From positions 62,001-126,000 of the forward strand of contig CP089275.1 in the NCBI GenBank assembly GCA_023920165.1: 64,000 bases of DNA, given 5' to 3'. Positions 36,866 to 50,778 of this stretch are shown one piece after another; the first letter of the stretch is position 1; each line of letters begins with the position of its first letter. Made by a program: the position numbers and the translations under genes. Under the pieces are notes generated by a model. That model was not told where the DNA came from. It did no database searches and saw only the letters and a program-made list of their open reading frames with translations. Source of the stretch: Curvularia clavata (lineage: Eukaryota).

Positions 36866-37654
36866 ATGTACAGTGCTCCGCCTGGGTTCCCACCGCCACC
36901 GCAGCAGCCGGCACCTCCGCCATCAGGTTGGACCGAGCATCTGTTCTACACAAATGGGAAGGGAACGCCGGCCTTTGAAGCGCTGATGAAGGAGTTTTTC
37001 GTCAAGCTTGATCCTAGAGGTACAGGGTACATAACCCCTGAGGCGTTTTCAAGCTTTTTGGAGGCCTCGCTTGTTAAGGATACAGATAATGTTTGTAAGT
37101 CAACCTTCTTTTATACGAAATCATCGGATACCATATAGATCCTAGGAAGACCATGGCTAACGGATGGCACCATGCTTTGACCCGTAGGGAAGAGAAGTCT
37201 CAACGACAGTGGCATGTACTCAAAAGAAGACATGGCAGACTTTGAGCTCAAGGCAGCAATTGAAGGGTTCTTATTCGACCACAAGGTTGTAGTGCGCAAC
37301 CCTTCCGCGAAGCAGCTTTCATATGGAGGCATGCCTCTACTCAGCTTGGCTGGTTTTACAGACTTCATGTCAGTCGAATATGCAGCGGATCCAGACAACG
37401 TTCTACCGGGAATCAACAATGCCTTGCGCGTCTACAACATTTGGCCCGAGCGTGGACCCTTGCCGCGCTATGCATTCCCCGCTAGAACGCCGCTTGAGCT
37501 ACAGCAGCGTCTTGATCAAGCAACGCAACGTTGTGCAGCGAATGCAAAGGAAAAGCTGAGAGCGAACCAGGCAAGGATTGACTTAGAGCTACTAGGCCAA
37601 CAGAATGCAGTGGATTTGATCGACGGAACCCGCAGGTATTATAGGTACTATTGA
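36866..37654 (+). CDS. Hypothetical protein with Pro-rich N-terminus and an EF-hand-like loop
   Basis: FVKLDPRGTGYITPEAF EF-hand-like motif; intron 37095-37187 joins NV|WKRSLNDSGMYSKE. Confidence 0.75.
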
Positions 37655-37876
37655 AGACTGAGTGAACCTGCATAAAAAGTTCTTGATGCTACATGAGACG
37701 CTGTAACAGTGTGTAATCAGTCTGGTACTAGAATGTCTTATAAATTCCTTTCCAGTCACAAATGCTCATCTTCACTTGCAACTAAATGTGCCTAAGATAA
37801 CCTTAGCTAATGCTAAACTTTTTAAGTACATAAAATGATCTCTACCTCTCCTCTACTCTACCTTAACCAACATAAA

Positions 37877-38150
37877 GCGGCGAAAAGGTCATCATCTGCG
37901 CCAAAATACGGTTTGTAGTATAGTTCTTATCATATTTGAGTATCTTATACTCACTAATCTAGAAAATCTACCATAGGTCTAGCACGAAAAAGAATTAAAA
38001 AGTTGATAAATAATAGTGGAAGATATGTAGTAGTTATACTCTCAGGTATAGATCTCCTTCTTGTTTCGCCCGGCTCCAAGTCAAATCTAGGGGTGCGGTC
38101 TATTGGATTCGTCTCAGGCAGTGAATTGTTACAATCACGTAACTAGACTC
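37877..38150. repeat. Degenerate dispersed repeat, copy B
   Basis: GCGGCGAAAAGGTCATCATCTGCGCCAAAATA... similar to 33863 onward, same orientation, more AT-rich. Confidence 0.45.
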
Positions 38151-39080
38151 ATAGTGTATTTAGATTGCTTTTCAGACCAAACAAGTACACACTTCACTCG
38201 AATTTCTACTAGTAGTTGCTATCTGAATATTTGATTATGGGTCGTTTTTTTTGGTTATTTCGAGCTTGATCCTACATCGTGCTACAGTATTTAGCAAGTT
38301 TAAAGAAGCTGGAAAAGGTTAATAGGATACGAATATTAGCTTCAATTTCGGCGAGGGCCGCAAGATGATATTTCTTGTTATTCGAGTGCCTCCTTTGAGC
38401 TCCAATCATTGTGATGTAATACTGGAAACAATTGTTAACATTATACAAGAGCAAACTGGTGGACCCGTTGAGCAAAACAAGACAGTCCTCGGGGAGAATT
38501 GCGTACCACAATTGACACCAGTAGGAGATGACAAACCGTGTTCATGAAATGTATAGAAGTCAACTTATTCACGTGTGGGAGGAGATTACTTGACATTTTC
38601 GTCGCTCAGTAAGCCAACTCACAATGGGTTACGCAGGCTCCTATTAAACTCAGAATAGAATATGCGTTCCAGAGTGATCATCTAAATCTTCTGCCTCATA
38701 TTGGCTAGGAATGCAGGCTAATACTAGTCTTAGTATCCGCTACGAAGACGACCGAAGACGAAGACACTGTCGACTGGACTAGAATCTGGAGGAAACTAGA
38801 ATTTAATTAAGAAGCTAAGCCGTGAAACTTGATCGTTTAACTGCCGATAATGTACGAGGCATTTAGTTGACCTCTATAGTTGTTGGCTAATATAACTTAC
38901 TTCTGCTTAAGTCCGCACGCCCGAGCCCGAGAATTGGCTTCGGCCGATCCATCACTATGTCCTGTGCTTCTATCACATCAGCTGATCCTTTCCCAAATTA
39001 CCTTAACACTCGTGTCTATCGCCGAAAATAAAGTATAACCAGGATTTTTGGCTGTCCTTACTCCACTGTTTTTTGATCCT

Positions 39081-39208
39081 GCATACTGGTAGTGGAGACA
39101 CTTAATCAAAGCTTTCACCGATTCAACAAGTCACGGATCACCATCTGGAGAATTTTTGGAAGCATTCCGCATAATGGCAGTGGAGACACCTAGTCAAAGC
39201 TTTCACCG
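39081..39208. repeat. 40-bp imperfect direct repeat (36/40) upstream of the monooxygenase
   Basis: 39081-39120 gcatactggtagtggagacacttaatcaaagctttcaccg vs 39169-39208 gcataatggcagtggagacacctagtcaaagctttcaccg. Confidence 0.9.
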
Positions 39209-39398
39209 GCTACGCAAGGGATGGGTCTTCGTCTCGGGGATGCTCGAAAAGATTTATTCTAATATGCATTAGACAGGTTACACGCCTATAAAGTTCAAGA
39301 CCTGTCCAGATTTAAGAACCATCCTTTTACACATTACTGCAAACTTGCATCGCAAATACTACTAAAACGTTTCCACATCATCTCCAAAAGCTACAAAG

Positions 39399-40937
39399 AT
39401 GGCAATCACTATGGAGCGCAAACCAACAACTGGAATATCCACTTTGGTAGTGGGCGGTGGAATAGCAGGACTTACATTTGCGATTGAAGCATATCGACAA
39501 GGCCACGATGTTCGAATCATCGAGAAACGCCCCAAACTCGAAAACTTTGGTAATCTCCCAGCAATTGATTGTAAACAAACTAAGCTCACTCTGCACAATA
39601 GCTGAAGTGATAATCCTCCAGACCCCGGTCCTCCATAACCTTAAGAAATGGCCAGGCATGATGGAGCGGCTGAACGAACATGCAATTTTACCCTCTCAAA
39701 TCCATGTGTTCAAATACGACGGAACACCTTTAGGAAACTTCCCACTCGGAACTCCAGAAGTTCCCTCTCTGGCCGTTAATCGACTTCGTTTTCACACCCA
39801 GCTTGAGGAATATGCGACAAGCTTGGGACTCAAGATTGAATATGGAACTAGTGCCATTGAGTACTCTGAGACTCATGATAGCGGTGCTGTGCTACTGTCA
39901 GATGGTCGTAGATTGACGGCAGACGTGGTTGTCGCAGCCGATGGCGTTGGATCGAAGTCATGGAAGCTGGTCCTGGGGAAATACAATGAGCCAGTCAGCT
40001 CAGGATGTGGAATTTACAGAGCAAACTTTCCTAGTGGCCCGGCTTTGGAGAACCTTATCATTTCAAAGCATTTCGAGGGTGCCGGAACAAGGATGGAGCT
40101 GCATTTTGGACCGAATGCCCATGCTGTTGTAGCTAAATGGGAGGATCGTATTTCTTGGGTCCTGACTCACCCGGTACGATTAAGCCTCGAACAAGCCTGT
40201 CTTCCCTTCTCGATGCTAACATTCTAACAGGATGATGGAAATGCGAAAGAGGATTGGAGTTGGGCTGCTTCCACAAACAATGCACTACCATATGTGGACA
40301 GATGGTCGTCGTTCTTGAAAGAAGTCATCAAGGCAACGCCAGGTCATACATGCATTGACTGGAAGTTGTTGTGGCGCGACCCTCAGGCAAAATGGACATC
40401 ACCCGAGGGCCGTGTGATTCAGATTGGTGATTCTGCGCATACCTTCCTGCCCAGCTCTTCAAGTGGTGGCAGTATGGCTATGGAGGATGCCTTCTCCCTC
40501 GCGGCTTGCCTACAGATAGCCGGGAAGCAAGACATCTCTCTCGCTAATCAAGTCCACAATAGATTGAGGTAAGCATCAGAATTGCCTTTCTACTGTGGAG
40601 GTCTAACAAGCTAACTAATACCAAAAGGTTCGAACGTGTTTCATGTGCTCAAAAAATGGGCTTCAAAAATCGCCAAAACTTCCATAACCCAGATTGGGAT
40701 GTTGTGGATCAGAAGCCTGAAACTGTCGGAAAATTCACTGGGCAATGGCTATTGAAACACGATCCAGTGCAGTACGCTTACGACAACTTCCAAGCTTGCG
40801 CAAGCCACGTGCTTAGGGGTACCCCATTCAAGAACTCAAACTTTGTACCAGGACATACATTCAAAGAGTGGACTGTGGCCGGCTTACTAGAGGCTTCAAA
40901 GGAGGGTAAGGTAGTCGACGATGGGGACTGGTCTTGA
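39399..40937 (+). CDS. FAD-dependent monooxygenase (group A flavoprotein, MAK1/OpS4-like)
   Basis: LVVGGGIAGL, ADVVVAADGVGS, WKLLWRDPQ, QIGDSAHTFLPSSSSGGSMAMEDA; introns ~39550-39601, 40174-40230 and 40569-40628. Confidence 0.9.
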
Positions 40938-41710
40938 AAAAGAAGACCTTTGTGCCAGCTAGTACGATAAGAGCTTATCTCAGACACTTCAAGCCAAACA
41001 TGTGATATGTAGAGTAAGACAGATATTTCTCATAATTACTAAGTTATCCACTTGCCTTTTTAGAACTGAAACCAAACTCGATCCCTGGGAGTTTCGAGAG
41101 TCACTCAAAGTCACACCCTTGAGTTCAACTGTGCATTTACTTCACAATTTGATTACGAATATACAATATGAAATAGCAGCTATAGTGTTTCAAATAATCT
41201 AAACCGCTTTTTCGGATTTTAGTATCGTCGATTTTCCAGCTTTCTTTTTTTAGCCTGAGCGATAACAGGTCTAAGTAATGCAAAGTCGTGGGAGCGCTTA
41301 TCAGGACCAATCCTCTTCTGATTTCTTCATGACGCTTGGACGAAGAATTAAAGTCAAGTTTAGCGTTACTATGGTTAACTACTTTATTTTCAAACTATGC
41401 CTCGTAGGCATTCGATATAGAGTTTAACCTTGCTTTCCTGGCAAGCACTTCTTGGTAGCTTCGTAGGGGCCATTTTACGATCTACTAATGCACCAATATG
41501 TCATATGCCAAGTGACTCGGCCCGATGATCGCGGGTGTAGATGTAACACGCACGGACAGTTTATTTATGTCCGACCCGAATTAGTAATCACCGACCACGC
41601 CTCATATATCCCCCTAATTCCGACCGCGATCGGCCGAAACTCGTCTCCTTCGATGCACCCGACGAAAGAGCAACAGCATTCCACAAATCGTTCAACCTGT
41701 CTTCTGTGTC

Positions 41711-44010
41711 ATGCACCCTGGTCAAGCGAAAGATGTCGGCCGAAAAAGACGGCGGCCAGCCCTAGCCTGCGTGCAATGTCGTAAGAGGAAGTTACGCTGC
41801 GACCGCACGACGCCTTGCAGCAACTGTGTCCGATCCAAGGGCGCCGTATGCTCATACAGCCACCCTTTTTCAGAAGCGGATTCGCCAACACATGCAGTTC
41901 AGGTCCGAGAATCACTGTTTGTGCCGTCTTCGTCCGCAATCGAAGCAACCGCATCGCAGCGGCCATCCTCTCCACCAACCACGTCTCAATTAGAAGCACC
42001 TCGGTCAGACAGCACGAAAGTCTTAGGTCCACCGACTTTCAACACTTCGAGGACTGCAGCAACTTCTAAGAACCTCTCTACCTCTTCAAATGCACGTCCA
42101 ATCGTACCTAGACTGGTCGAAGATCAATTGGCTGAAGATCCGTTTCCAATCATTATCACAGGAGATGTTATCAACGACCCTACTAAGGATCCAGTGCTAC
42201 CTACCGTTACATCAGTCCGAAGGGCTGTAGTGGCAAAGACAAGGTACTTTGGACCAAGCCATTGGATGAGTAGTTCTGTGATGGTGAGTAAGTCTCTTTC
42301 TCTGCTAGGGTTAGAGGATAGCCTTAAGTGAGAGAGATCACAAAAGTATCTGATATACTAAACAGTCTTGTTTAGTTTCCTAGACTTTTCCGAATACTAG
42401 AAAAGCATGCCACGCCTGGACACACCGAGATTCACAAATTGCTCGCTAACGGCAAGCTTCTTGCCCGACACATAAAGCGCAGTGGCACGACAACATTTGG
42501 CAGTTCGCTCGGATCGCAATTGCCTTCGAAAGACATCGCAGATAAACTTGTCAATGCATACTTGCGAACATTCGAAAGAGTCTACCGGATCCTCCATGTT
42601 CCTTCCTTTCAGACGGATTACGACCGTTTTTGGGATTTGGGCAAAAAAAGTGACGATGTATTTATCATCAAGCTCCAGCTAACCCTAGCTATTGGGGCTT
42701 GCTTCTATGATGAGACATTCTCGCTACGATCTTTGGCTATGCAATGGATTCAGGAAGCCCAACTCTGGCTTGCCGCTCCTATCTCGGAAAAATCAAATAT
42801 GACCATCTCTGGCCTTCAAATTTTGTGTTTATTACACCTGGCAAGAGAAACAACCAATGTCAACGCAGATACGGTCTGGATCTCCTCTGGTGCTCTCTTA
42901 CGGACCGCCATGAACATGGGCCTTCACCGGGATCCCGTTCACTTGCCACCGATGTCGAACTTGCAAGCCGAGCTACGACGCCGACTTTGGAGTACCATCC
43001 TGGAGCTTACCCTCCAGTCTAGTATCGCATCAGGTGGCCTGCCATTGTTTTCTATGGATGATTTCGATACAGAACCGCCAGCTAACCTTGACGACGAGCA
43101 ACTCATGGAGCTGGAAGACGGTCCTCCTATGCCTAAGCCTTCAGAGATTCTTACCGACACTTCATTCTTAATCATTCTCCGCAACATTCTAGCTGTAAGG
43201 CTGGACATTGCCAACTTTGTTAACAGTTTTCGAAAGCCACCGGTGTACGAAGAGACGTTACGACACAATGCAGAGCTTGTAGCTGCTTGTCGCGACTTGG
43301 CCCGGGCTGTGCACTCTTACCAAAAAACCAATTCATGTCCTTCCGCTTTTCAAGTAAAGCTTCTAGAGCTCCTAACCCGTCCATTGTTTATCGCGCTTCA
43401 CATGCCATTCATGGAAAAGGCGTTGGAAAACCCGGTGTACTATTTCTCGAGAAAAACAGTTGTCGAGACGTCGCTAAAGCTCTATCGCTCATGCTGTCCA
43501 GCAGCTGTGCCCCCTGTAGGTCAATTGTCCAACTACCCTGATCAACGGGACCAAGACGACTATGTCCGGCTTTGTATATGCGGCTCTGGGCCTTTCAGGA
43601 ACATCATGATACAGGCACAGATGATGATTGCGATTGAGACTATCAGCCAGCTCGAAGAGGACACAGGTATGGGCGATTCTAGCCCGAGCATGGACCTTCT
43701 TCATGCTCTTCGCCAAATGAGAAGTTGGACCAAACAGCGTCTGTATTCGGGTGAGACAAATATCAAAAGCCACATGTGTGTTGCTGCACTTGAATCAAAC
43801 GTCAACGCCTTGCTCCAAGGTCTAGGTGACGAACAAATGGAGCAGTTGATGGCTGAAGGCATCTTGGAATCTCTACGTGAAGGTACTGACATCTTAGAAA
43901 GTTTTGTGGGATGGAGATTGTCCGACATGAATTTCGACCAACCTGGCGAAATGGACGTGGAAGAGATGTATGATGGGTCCTGGGCGTGGGACAATCTTAT
44001 TAATGGGTAG
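41711..44010 (+). CDS. Zn(II)2Cys6 transcription factor
   Basis: ACVQCRKRKLRCDRTTPCSNCVRSKGAVC; intron 42284-42375; MGLHRDP...AELRRRLWSTILEL. Confidence 0.92.
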
Positions 44011-44475
44011 CGGAGTCGATTATAAAAGTTCAATGAGTAGTTACATAAAATATGATAAAATCATTGTAATTTAGATAATTGTCATTTGCCATTCTACCAT
44101 ACAAGCTACTAAATTCCAGATATCTTTTATTCATACAAATGCAGCTCTCATATGCGATTTCTATAAAATTCCATTCAGTATGTCTCTAGACATAGACCAC
44201 TATAGCTTGCCGATTTTAGTAACGCTTCGGCTGCTTCACTTGCCCGTGTGGCCCGATCGCTCGTGGGGTACGTTATACGATGTTAAATAAAGATGATACA
44301 TCTCAAAAGGACTTAGCAGTGATTCAAACTATTATCAAGTCTTACAGCTCCTATATATTTAGGTAAAGAAGTGCCTTAAATATTTCAAGTATAATAACTA
44401 ATGTGCAGATGGTCAAGCTTCCCTACGCAATGCCTTGCTCGTGCAGCGATTGACTTCAGCCACCATTCGTTATTA

Positions 44476-47316
44476 TTATCTTCCAGTGAGGCTTTGGCGG
44501 TGAAAACAAGCAAGTTTCTCGGCCCTGATCTTATCTGTGGTTTTGTCCTTTCCAGAGCCCTTTATGCTCTTATAGATTCCTTGAGCAGGGTATGCCAGCA
44601 ATCCAAACATTGCTACGTCTTCATTCAGCTTCATGTCCAATGGAATAGATCGTAACCTCACTCACCACTTCCAGGCTTCGTTACTAGATTCAACGAACCT
44701 TTGCCTACACCTTTCACAAAACCAAGGGCACCCTCTTTCTTTGCACCATCCCTTGGCTTTGTCACGATATCCGTAATTCCCTCGTAGAAACCTGTTCCGA
44801 AATTCTGTGAATGTGTTAGTAAAAGCATAGTGCTGATCCCGATTTATGCAAACCTTTGCGGCAACAACCCCTCCACTCTTCCAATCCTTTACTTTGCCGT
44901 GGTCTCTCACATCATCACCATATAGCCTTGGAGCGTTCCTGAGCCCCTCTGCAAGTGCCAAAGGCATGCCGACGAGCGCGCCTTTGCCTAGGCTAGACGT
45001 CATCGATGCGAACCCTTGGCCTACAGCATTCACTGCTGCTAAGCTAGCTGATTTGCCATCACCCCCTGCAAGTCGAGATTCTCTAACTTTCTTGAAAGGA
45101 TTGACAAAGGTGCCGCCGAGTGCAGACGTGAAGTCTGTCAAGATACCAAGGGTAGCTGATGCACCCGCGGTCAATGGGTCCCATCGCTCAACGTCGATAT
45201 TGTATTCCTTTGGCCGATACCTCGCTAAAGTAAGCATGGTGGATTTCTTTGAGGGGGCCGAGGGTGCTTACGGGACTGCGTGTTCGAGCTTCAGCTGTCC
45301 ACTGGATGTCAGCTTCTTCAATGCAGCGTGCGATAATTTCATATCTGATCCTGATTCTGGTGAACGACAAACCCAATCTGCGGCATATTGAGGTGATACA
45401 TCACATGACATGTTAGAAGTACCAACATGGCGATGGAATGACTGAACAGCCATATCAACCCCATGCTCGCGACCCATCTGATCCGCAACTGTTCGAGCAG
45501 CCTGTTGAGCATCGGATGATAAGCAAAACCTGATTGCCTCTGCCAAGTTTTCGCTGTTCAAAGACTTGTGTGGTATTGGGAGTGGTCCAGCGCCATTGCT
45601 GGCAACCACATTGCCCCAAAAGGGTTGACTATTACTCGAATTAGCCACTGTAAATATCGGACCTGCATAGAATGGAGTGCTTACTCTCCAAAAAAAGGCA
45701 CCACGACGGTTGGTCGCGCATTATATAGGCCGCAAGCTGTCGTACCCGCCCCACCATGATGTACGACAGCAGAGACTTGCTTAAAAAGCCATTCTTAGGG
45801 AATTTAGCGATGTTTACGTTCAGATGATCCATAGGCGCTTACCATGAGGGCAGTCTCCTAAGTAGAAGACATCTTCTGTACTGGGATCGTTTCCTCCTAG
45901 CCTGCTCCATCCTCTCGAGATGATGACTCGTACATTGGCTTTTGTACAAGCTTCAAGGATGATTTCGGTTATTCTCTTCGCGTTCTCCAAAACTATGCTA
46001 CCGAATCCAATATATATAGGGACGGGGCCCGCGTGCAAAAACTTTGCAAGGTCTTCTGGCGGTGTGTATGTAGGTTCGTCTCGCATGAAAAACCCACAGA
46101 CATCTCATGTATATTAGAGCAGTGAATACTTGTACAGAAGATCGCCTCCTTACCAATGTTGGAACCCCAGTCCTGAGGTTTTGGAACCAGTGCTGGCGAC
46201 CAGCAGTAGGTGACAGGTAATCTCAACCAGTCAACGAGGTCTGGACCCATGCTCGGGTGAACAGGTTCCAAACCTAGGTCTTCGACTCGCCACAGATTGA
46301 TAACATCGCCTAACCTAAATAATATGGTTAATTTTCCATACTTCGTCCGTGTACTTCTACGGAAATGTGGTATCAATAAAGCACGAAACCAAAAGCACAG
46401 CGCTCACCCTTGCCAAGTCATCATGTTAACCATGCCGTAGCTAAGATAATTCGCCTGCGACTCCTTTATATCCCTAGCTTTCACGTTTGTGAGAGGATGC
46501 GGGAATGCACGCGTCGCGGTCCACGGCATTGTGAACATCATATGGACAGGAATCCCTAAAGCCTGCCCACAGTGCACATGGGCAAAAGATGGCGGATTCG
46601 CGATGATAGCGTTCGCAACGAAAGCTTCATGTGAGACCGGGTCTGGGAGAAAGCAGGAGTTCCAACAGCCTTGCAACATCTCGTGAATCATACGGCGCTT
46701 CCGCGGAATGTCCCCACCTTTCAAAGAATCAAGAGATGGAAGTAGACCAGGATTGCGCACCATATACTACTCGCGATGGTCAAGAACCAGGTCTGCACAC
46801 GACAACGACGTAAGCACTTACAGACATCAAGTCCTCTGGGTCGCCGCCAATGGGATAGAACTCCAAACCCGACTTTCGCACGAAATCCGCGAAGACGTTG
46901 TGGGTTGCTAGCCGTACACGATGACCGCGTTGTTGAAGAGCGGTTCCTAAGGCGATAAACGGTTGCACATCTCCTCTGCTGCCCACTACTTGCACAACAA
47001 CGTTCAATGGTGGGCATCTTCTAGAAATTTTCAAGTCTGATTCGACCACTGGTGGTGGGTGTATAGGAAGCGACTGTTCAAGTTCATACGGGGCTGAGGA
47101 TGCAAGGTCAATATTCAGTGTCCCATCAGCTGTGGCGCAGAGTCAGTATAACGCACGAAGCAGAAGATAGAATCTGGTACCTTGCACTGTACAAGAGCTA
47201 GCGAGGAGAGACCCCGAGGAGTGTAACTCATAGGGGGGAGGCTCGTCCCAAGCAAAGCCCACCCCATCTGATGGAGGTTCGGGATGTTTGGAGTTCGCAG
47301 CATCATTTGCCATCAT
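44476..47316 (-). CDS. Sterol 3-beta-glucosyltransferase-like UDP-glycosyltransferase (multi-exon)
   Basis: [62 protein letters not shown]; many GT-AG introns; 3' end approximate. Confidence 0.88.
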
Positions 47317-48265
47317 TCATACGTTGGTTCCTTGGCCTGATAGTATTGGCAGTCGTTTCTGCTACCTATGGCGGCGTCTTTGCGGGACTCGGATGAATAA
47401 AAGCTCAGGGCTACAGCGGATTTTCAGCAAAGCTGGGCATATGCGACTACTTTGGTTGGCTTAGCTCATTTTCTGAAACGTCTCACGTGGCAAATTGCGT
47501 ATGCGTATTGGTGCGTATTGGTGCGTATTACACGTGCAGAGTGGTTTCCCCACCTCTTTGATCAGCACCGCTAGGAGATCTTAGCGTGCGCGCGCTAGGT
47601 TACCCTCGGAGGTATTGCATCATCTCACCGCTACCAATACCAAGGTGGTTCATAGCGCAGTACGCAGGAGGATCGCTAGGCTTGTCGCTCTCTTGTTGCT
47701 ATAGAACCTCTCTTGAAGTATATTATGGATGCCAGCTGCGATCTCACAAGCAGCTTCTCGGTAGGCCAGACCTGCGTGCATGGGGAAAGTTCACTAGCAG
47801 ACATGCAGTCACTCTGCGGATAATGGCAGAGGTTTGTGTTATTACGAAAATATACCTGAAGTGTTAGCAATGGGGTAATTGGGTGATTTCAGCTAAATTA
47901 AATATATATGCCATGTAGAGTTCATTCTGGTAGTCCAAAGTCCGAACGAGCAAATCCGTTTAATCGCCCCTGTGCGAATACTCCTTTAGTGTTAACGGCC
48001 GATGACGCTAGGTCTACCAATAGCAGTGCAGGGGCAGGATATCAAAACCCACTAACCCAACTCGCAGGATCGACCTCGGAGATTACCACACCGCTGGGTG
48101 ACATGATGCTCATGAAGAACTTGATTAGTCTGCGCTTGAGGTAGCGCGGCGTATGCGTATCCTTTCAACTGCCACACTTGCGCTACTTAAGTTCCTTCTA
48201 CTATCTCTTTATTTTATATCCTTCATGCTATCCTATCAGTTCTTTCCAACCTATTGAACAATACT

Positions 48266-50778
48266 ATGAGACTCTCTCAGCCGGTTCTACTGGCTAGCCT
48301 GGCAGGGGCGGAGACCGCATTAGAACCAACCCTTCAATCACGACAGCTTGTCCGACAGTCTACCCTACCATATCCAGCAAACGTTAGCGCTGTGCCGATA
48401 TATGCAACCAATGAAACGCTTATCCTCAAAGGGTCAGAGTCGACTCCAAGCGTGATAGTGCTTGATTATGGAGCCAATGTCGAGGGCTTTCCAACTTTCC
48501 AAGTCCTTTCTGCCACTGGGGACACAGCTGGTCTTGAGATCACTTATAGCGAGTCTAGAGACGTGCTGGATAGTTTCTACATGGTAAACACCTCGCTGGA
48601 AGTATCTGGTGCATATGCTGATTCTAGTAACAGAGCGATGGGCCTCTTGGGTTAGCGGCAGCCATGGACACCTACAGAGTTAATCAATATAACATCAGCG
48701 GACCTCTAGTACATACAAACAGACTGGTCCAAGGAGGTTTCAGATACCAAAAGCTCAACCTTTCAACGACCGGAGAACTGATCTTGAAAAATGTCGGAGT
48801 AAAGCCTACAATCCCAACCACGCCACTTGATCGGTTATCAGGGTACTTCGAGTCATCGGATGAGGTTCTAAACAGAATTTGGAGAGTTGGAGCGAGAACT
48901 GTTCAATTGAATGATATTCCTGCGAATTCCATACCGGCATTCTGGCAGGTCTCAGAAGAAGGAGCCTTAGTTGAAAGCCAAGCACCTCAAGTACTTTCGG
49001 CGGGTGGTACGGCTGCTGCATTGATGCAATATCGGCTTGAGTTCGAAGTAAAGCCAATCGCAAAAGGATTTGCATTCTCTGTTCTAGCAGATACGCTCAA
49101 CTCGGGAATTTACATCTTCTGCAACATTAACAACGGGTCGATTTCGGCACACTTCGGATCTACTGAGGATTCACCTCAGATCGCATTTGCAACGCTCCCG
49201 CGGAATATAACCACCGGTGCCTGGTATAAAGTCGAAGCAACTGTCGACATGACTAACATCGCTGTCGCTATTCAACAAGTCCCGGTTTTTCGATTTTCGC
49301 AGACTTCTTCCTTTTTTGGGTCCTTTGGATTAGGTGCGGCGCTCGGCCACTCCGCTGTCTTCCGTAACTTATCTGCTGCAACCTTGTTAGGAGAACTGAT
49401 ATACTCAGCTTCATTGACTAATGATAGTTTCTTTTCTGATTTTATTATTGGTACAAACCCGCGAGATACTACAGTCGACGGCTCTAAACGTGATCGCATC
49501 GCGTATGCAGGCGATCTAGATGTTGCGCTAGTGTCTTCGCTGGCAAGTACAAATGGCGTCAGCTATGTCAAAGGCACGCTCGACCTTATCGGTTCTTATC
49601 AGTTGACTCCAGGATTCTTTGCGCCCACTGCAAAAATTCAACAGGAACCACTTTCCTCACCCATCAACGCCAACCAGACTGGTTTGATTGGCTACTCATT
49701 CAACCTTCTCACGGCTGTCGCAGGCTTTTACAAGCGTACTGGCGACGTTAATTTACCAAAGGAGTGGGCACCAAGAGCGATACGCATGTTGGACTGGGCT
49801 AACTCCCAAGTTCTTCCCGAAAGTGGATTGTTGAACATTAGCAATGCTGCTTTTGGCGGTGACTGGAACTATTACGATGCGCCACAGAGTGGTGTTGTCT
49901 CCAAATTCAACATGGCCTACGCATACGCTCTCCAGGAATGCATCACTCTTCTCGCCGATGGTGGCGTTGACACAGAGCCATACCGCTTGCGACTGGAGAA
50001 TTTGCGGGCAGCCATTGACAGAAGCCTTTGGTCAAATGAACTCAGCGCATATTACGTTTCTGACAACATCAAAGACGGTTTTGGACAAGACTCGAACGCT
50101 TTAGCCATCCTCGCTGGAGTTAACAAAAACAACCATACCTCATCGAGCATTTTGAAGAGCCTCAAACAGCTGTCCACGCCTGTGGGTCCCTTGGCTTTCT
50201 CGCAAGCGGTCACTACATCCGGTTTTGCAAAGTACATTAGCCCTTATGCATCCGCCTATCATTTACGCGCAGCATTCCAAAGCAAGGATAGCAATTCTGT
50301 TCTCGATCTCCTAAAAAGCCTCTGGGCGCCAATGACTGACCCTGAAGGCGCGTATTACACCGGGTGTTTCTGGGAAACGCTTAATGCCATGGGGCAGCCT
50401 GCTCTGGGAAGAACAACCAGTCTGTGCCACGGCTGGGCTTCAGGTCCAACTGGAGAGCTTAGTGAGCACGTGCTAGGAGTGAGTGCCATACAACCTGGAT
50501 ACAAGGAATGGCAGATTGCTCCCATGACACTTGGTATGAACTGGGCAAGGGGTAGGTTGCCTGTACCAGGGGGCGAGATCTCCGTGGCTTGGAATGCTAC
50601 TGGTGACATAATAAAGAGGCTGGAAGTGAAGAGTCCAAGCGGAACTTCGGGCACAGTGGTCGTGCCCTTATCGGGCAGCATAGGGGGAACCTTCTACGTC
50701 AATGACCAGAAAGTAAACGGAAATGGAACATTCCGTGTTGCAGGAGGAGAAATCTTTATTTTAACATATTCTATGTAA
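48266..50778 (+). CDS. Secreted alpha-L-rhamnosidase-like glycoside hydrolase (GH78, six-hairpin), ~820 aa
   Basis: Signal peptide; intron 48584-48633; QGGFRYQKL, LNRIWRVGART, DGSKRDRIAYAGD, FWET, SLCHGWASGPT. Confidence 0.87.
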
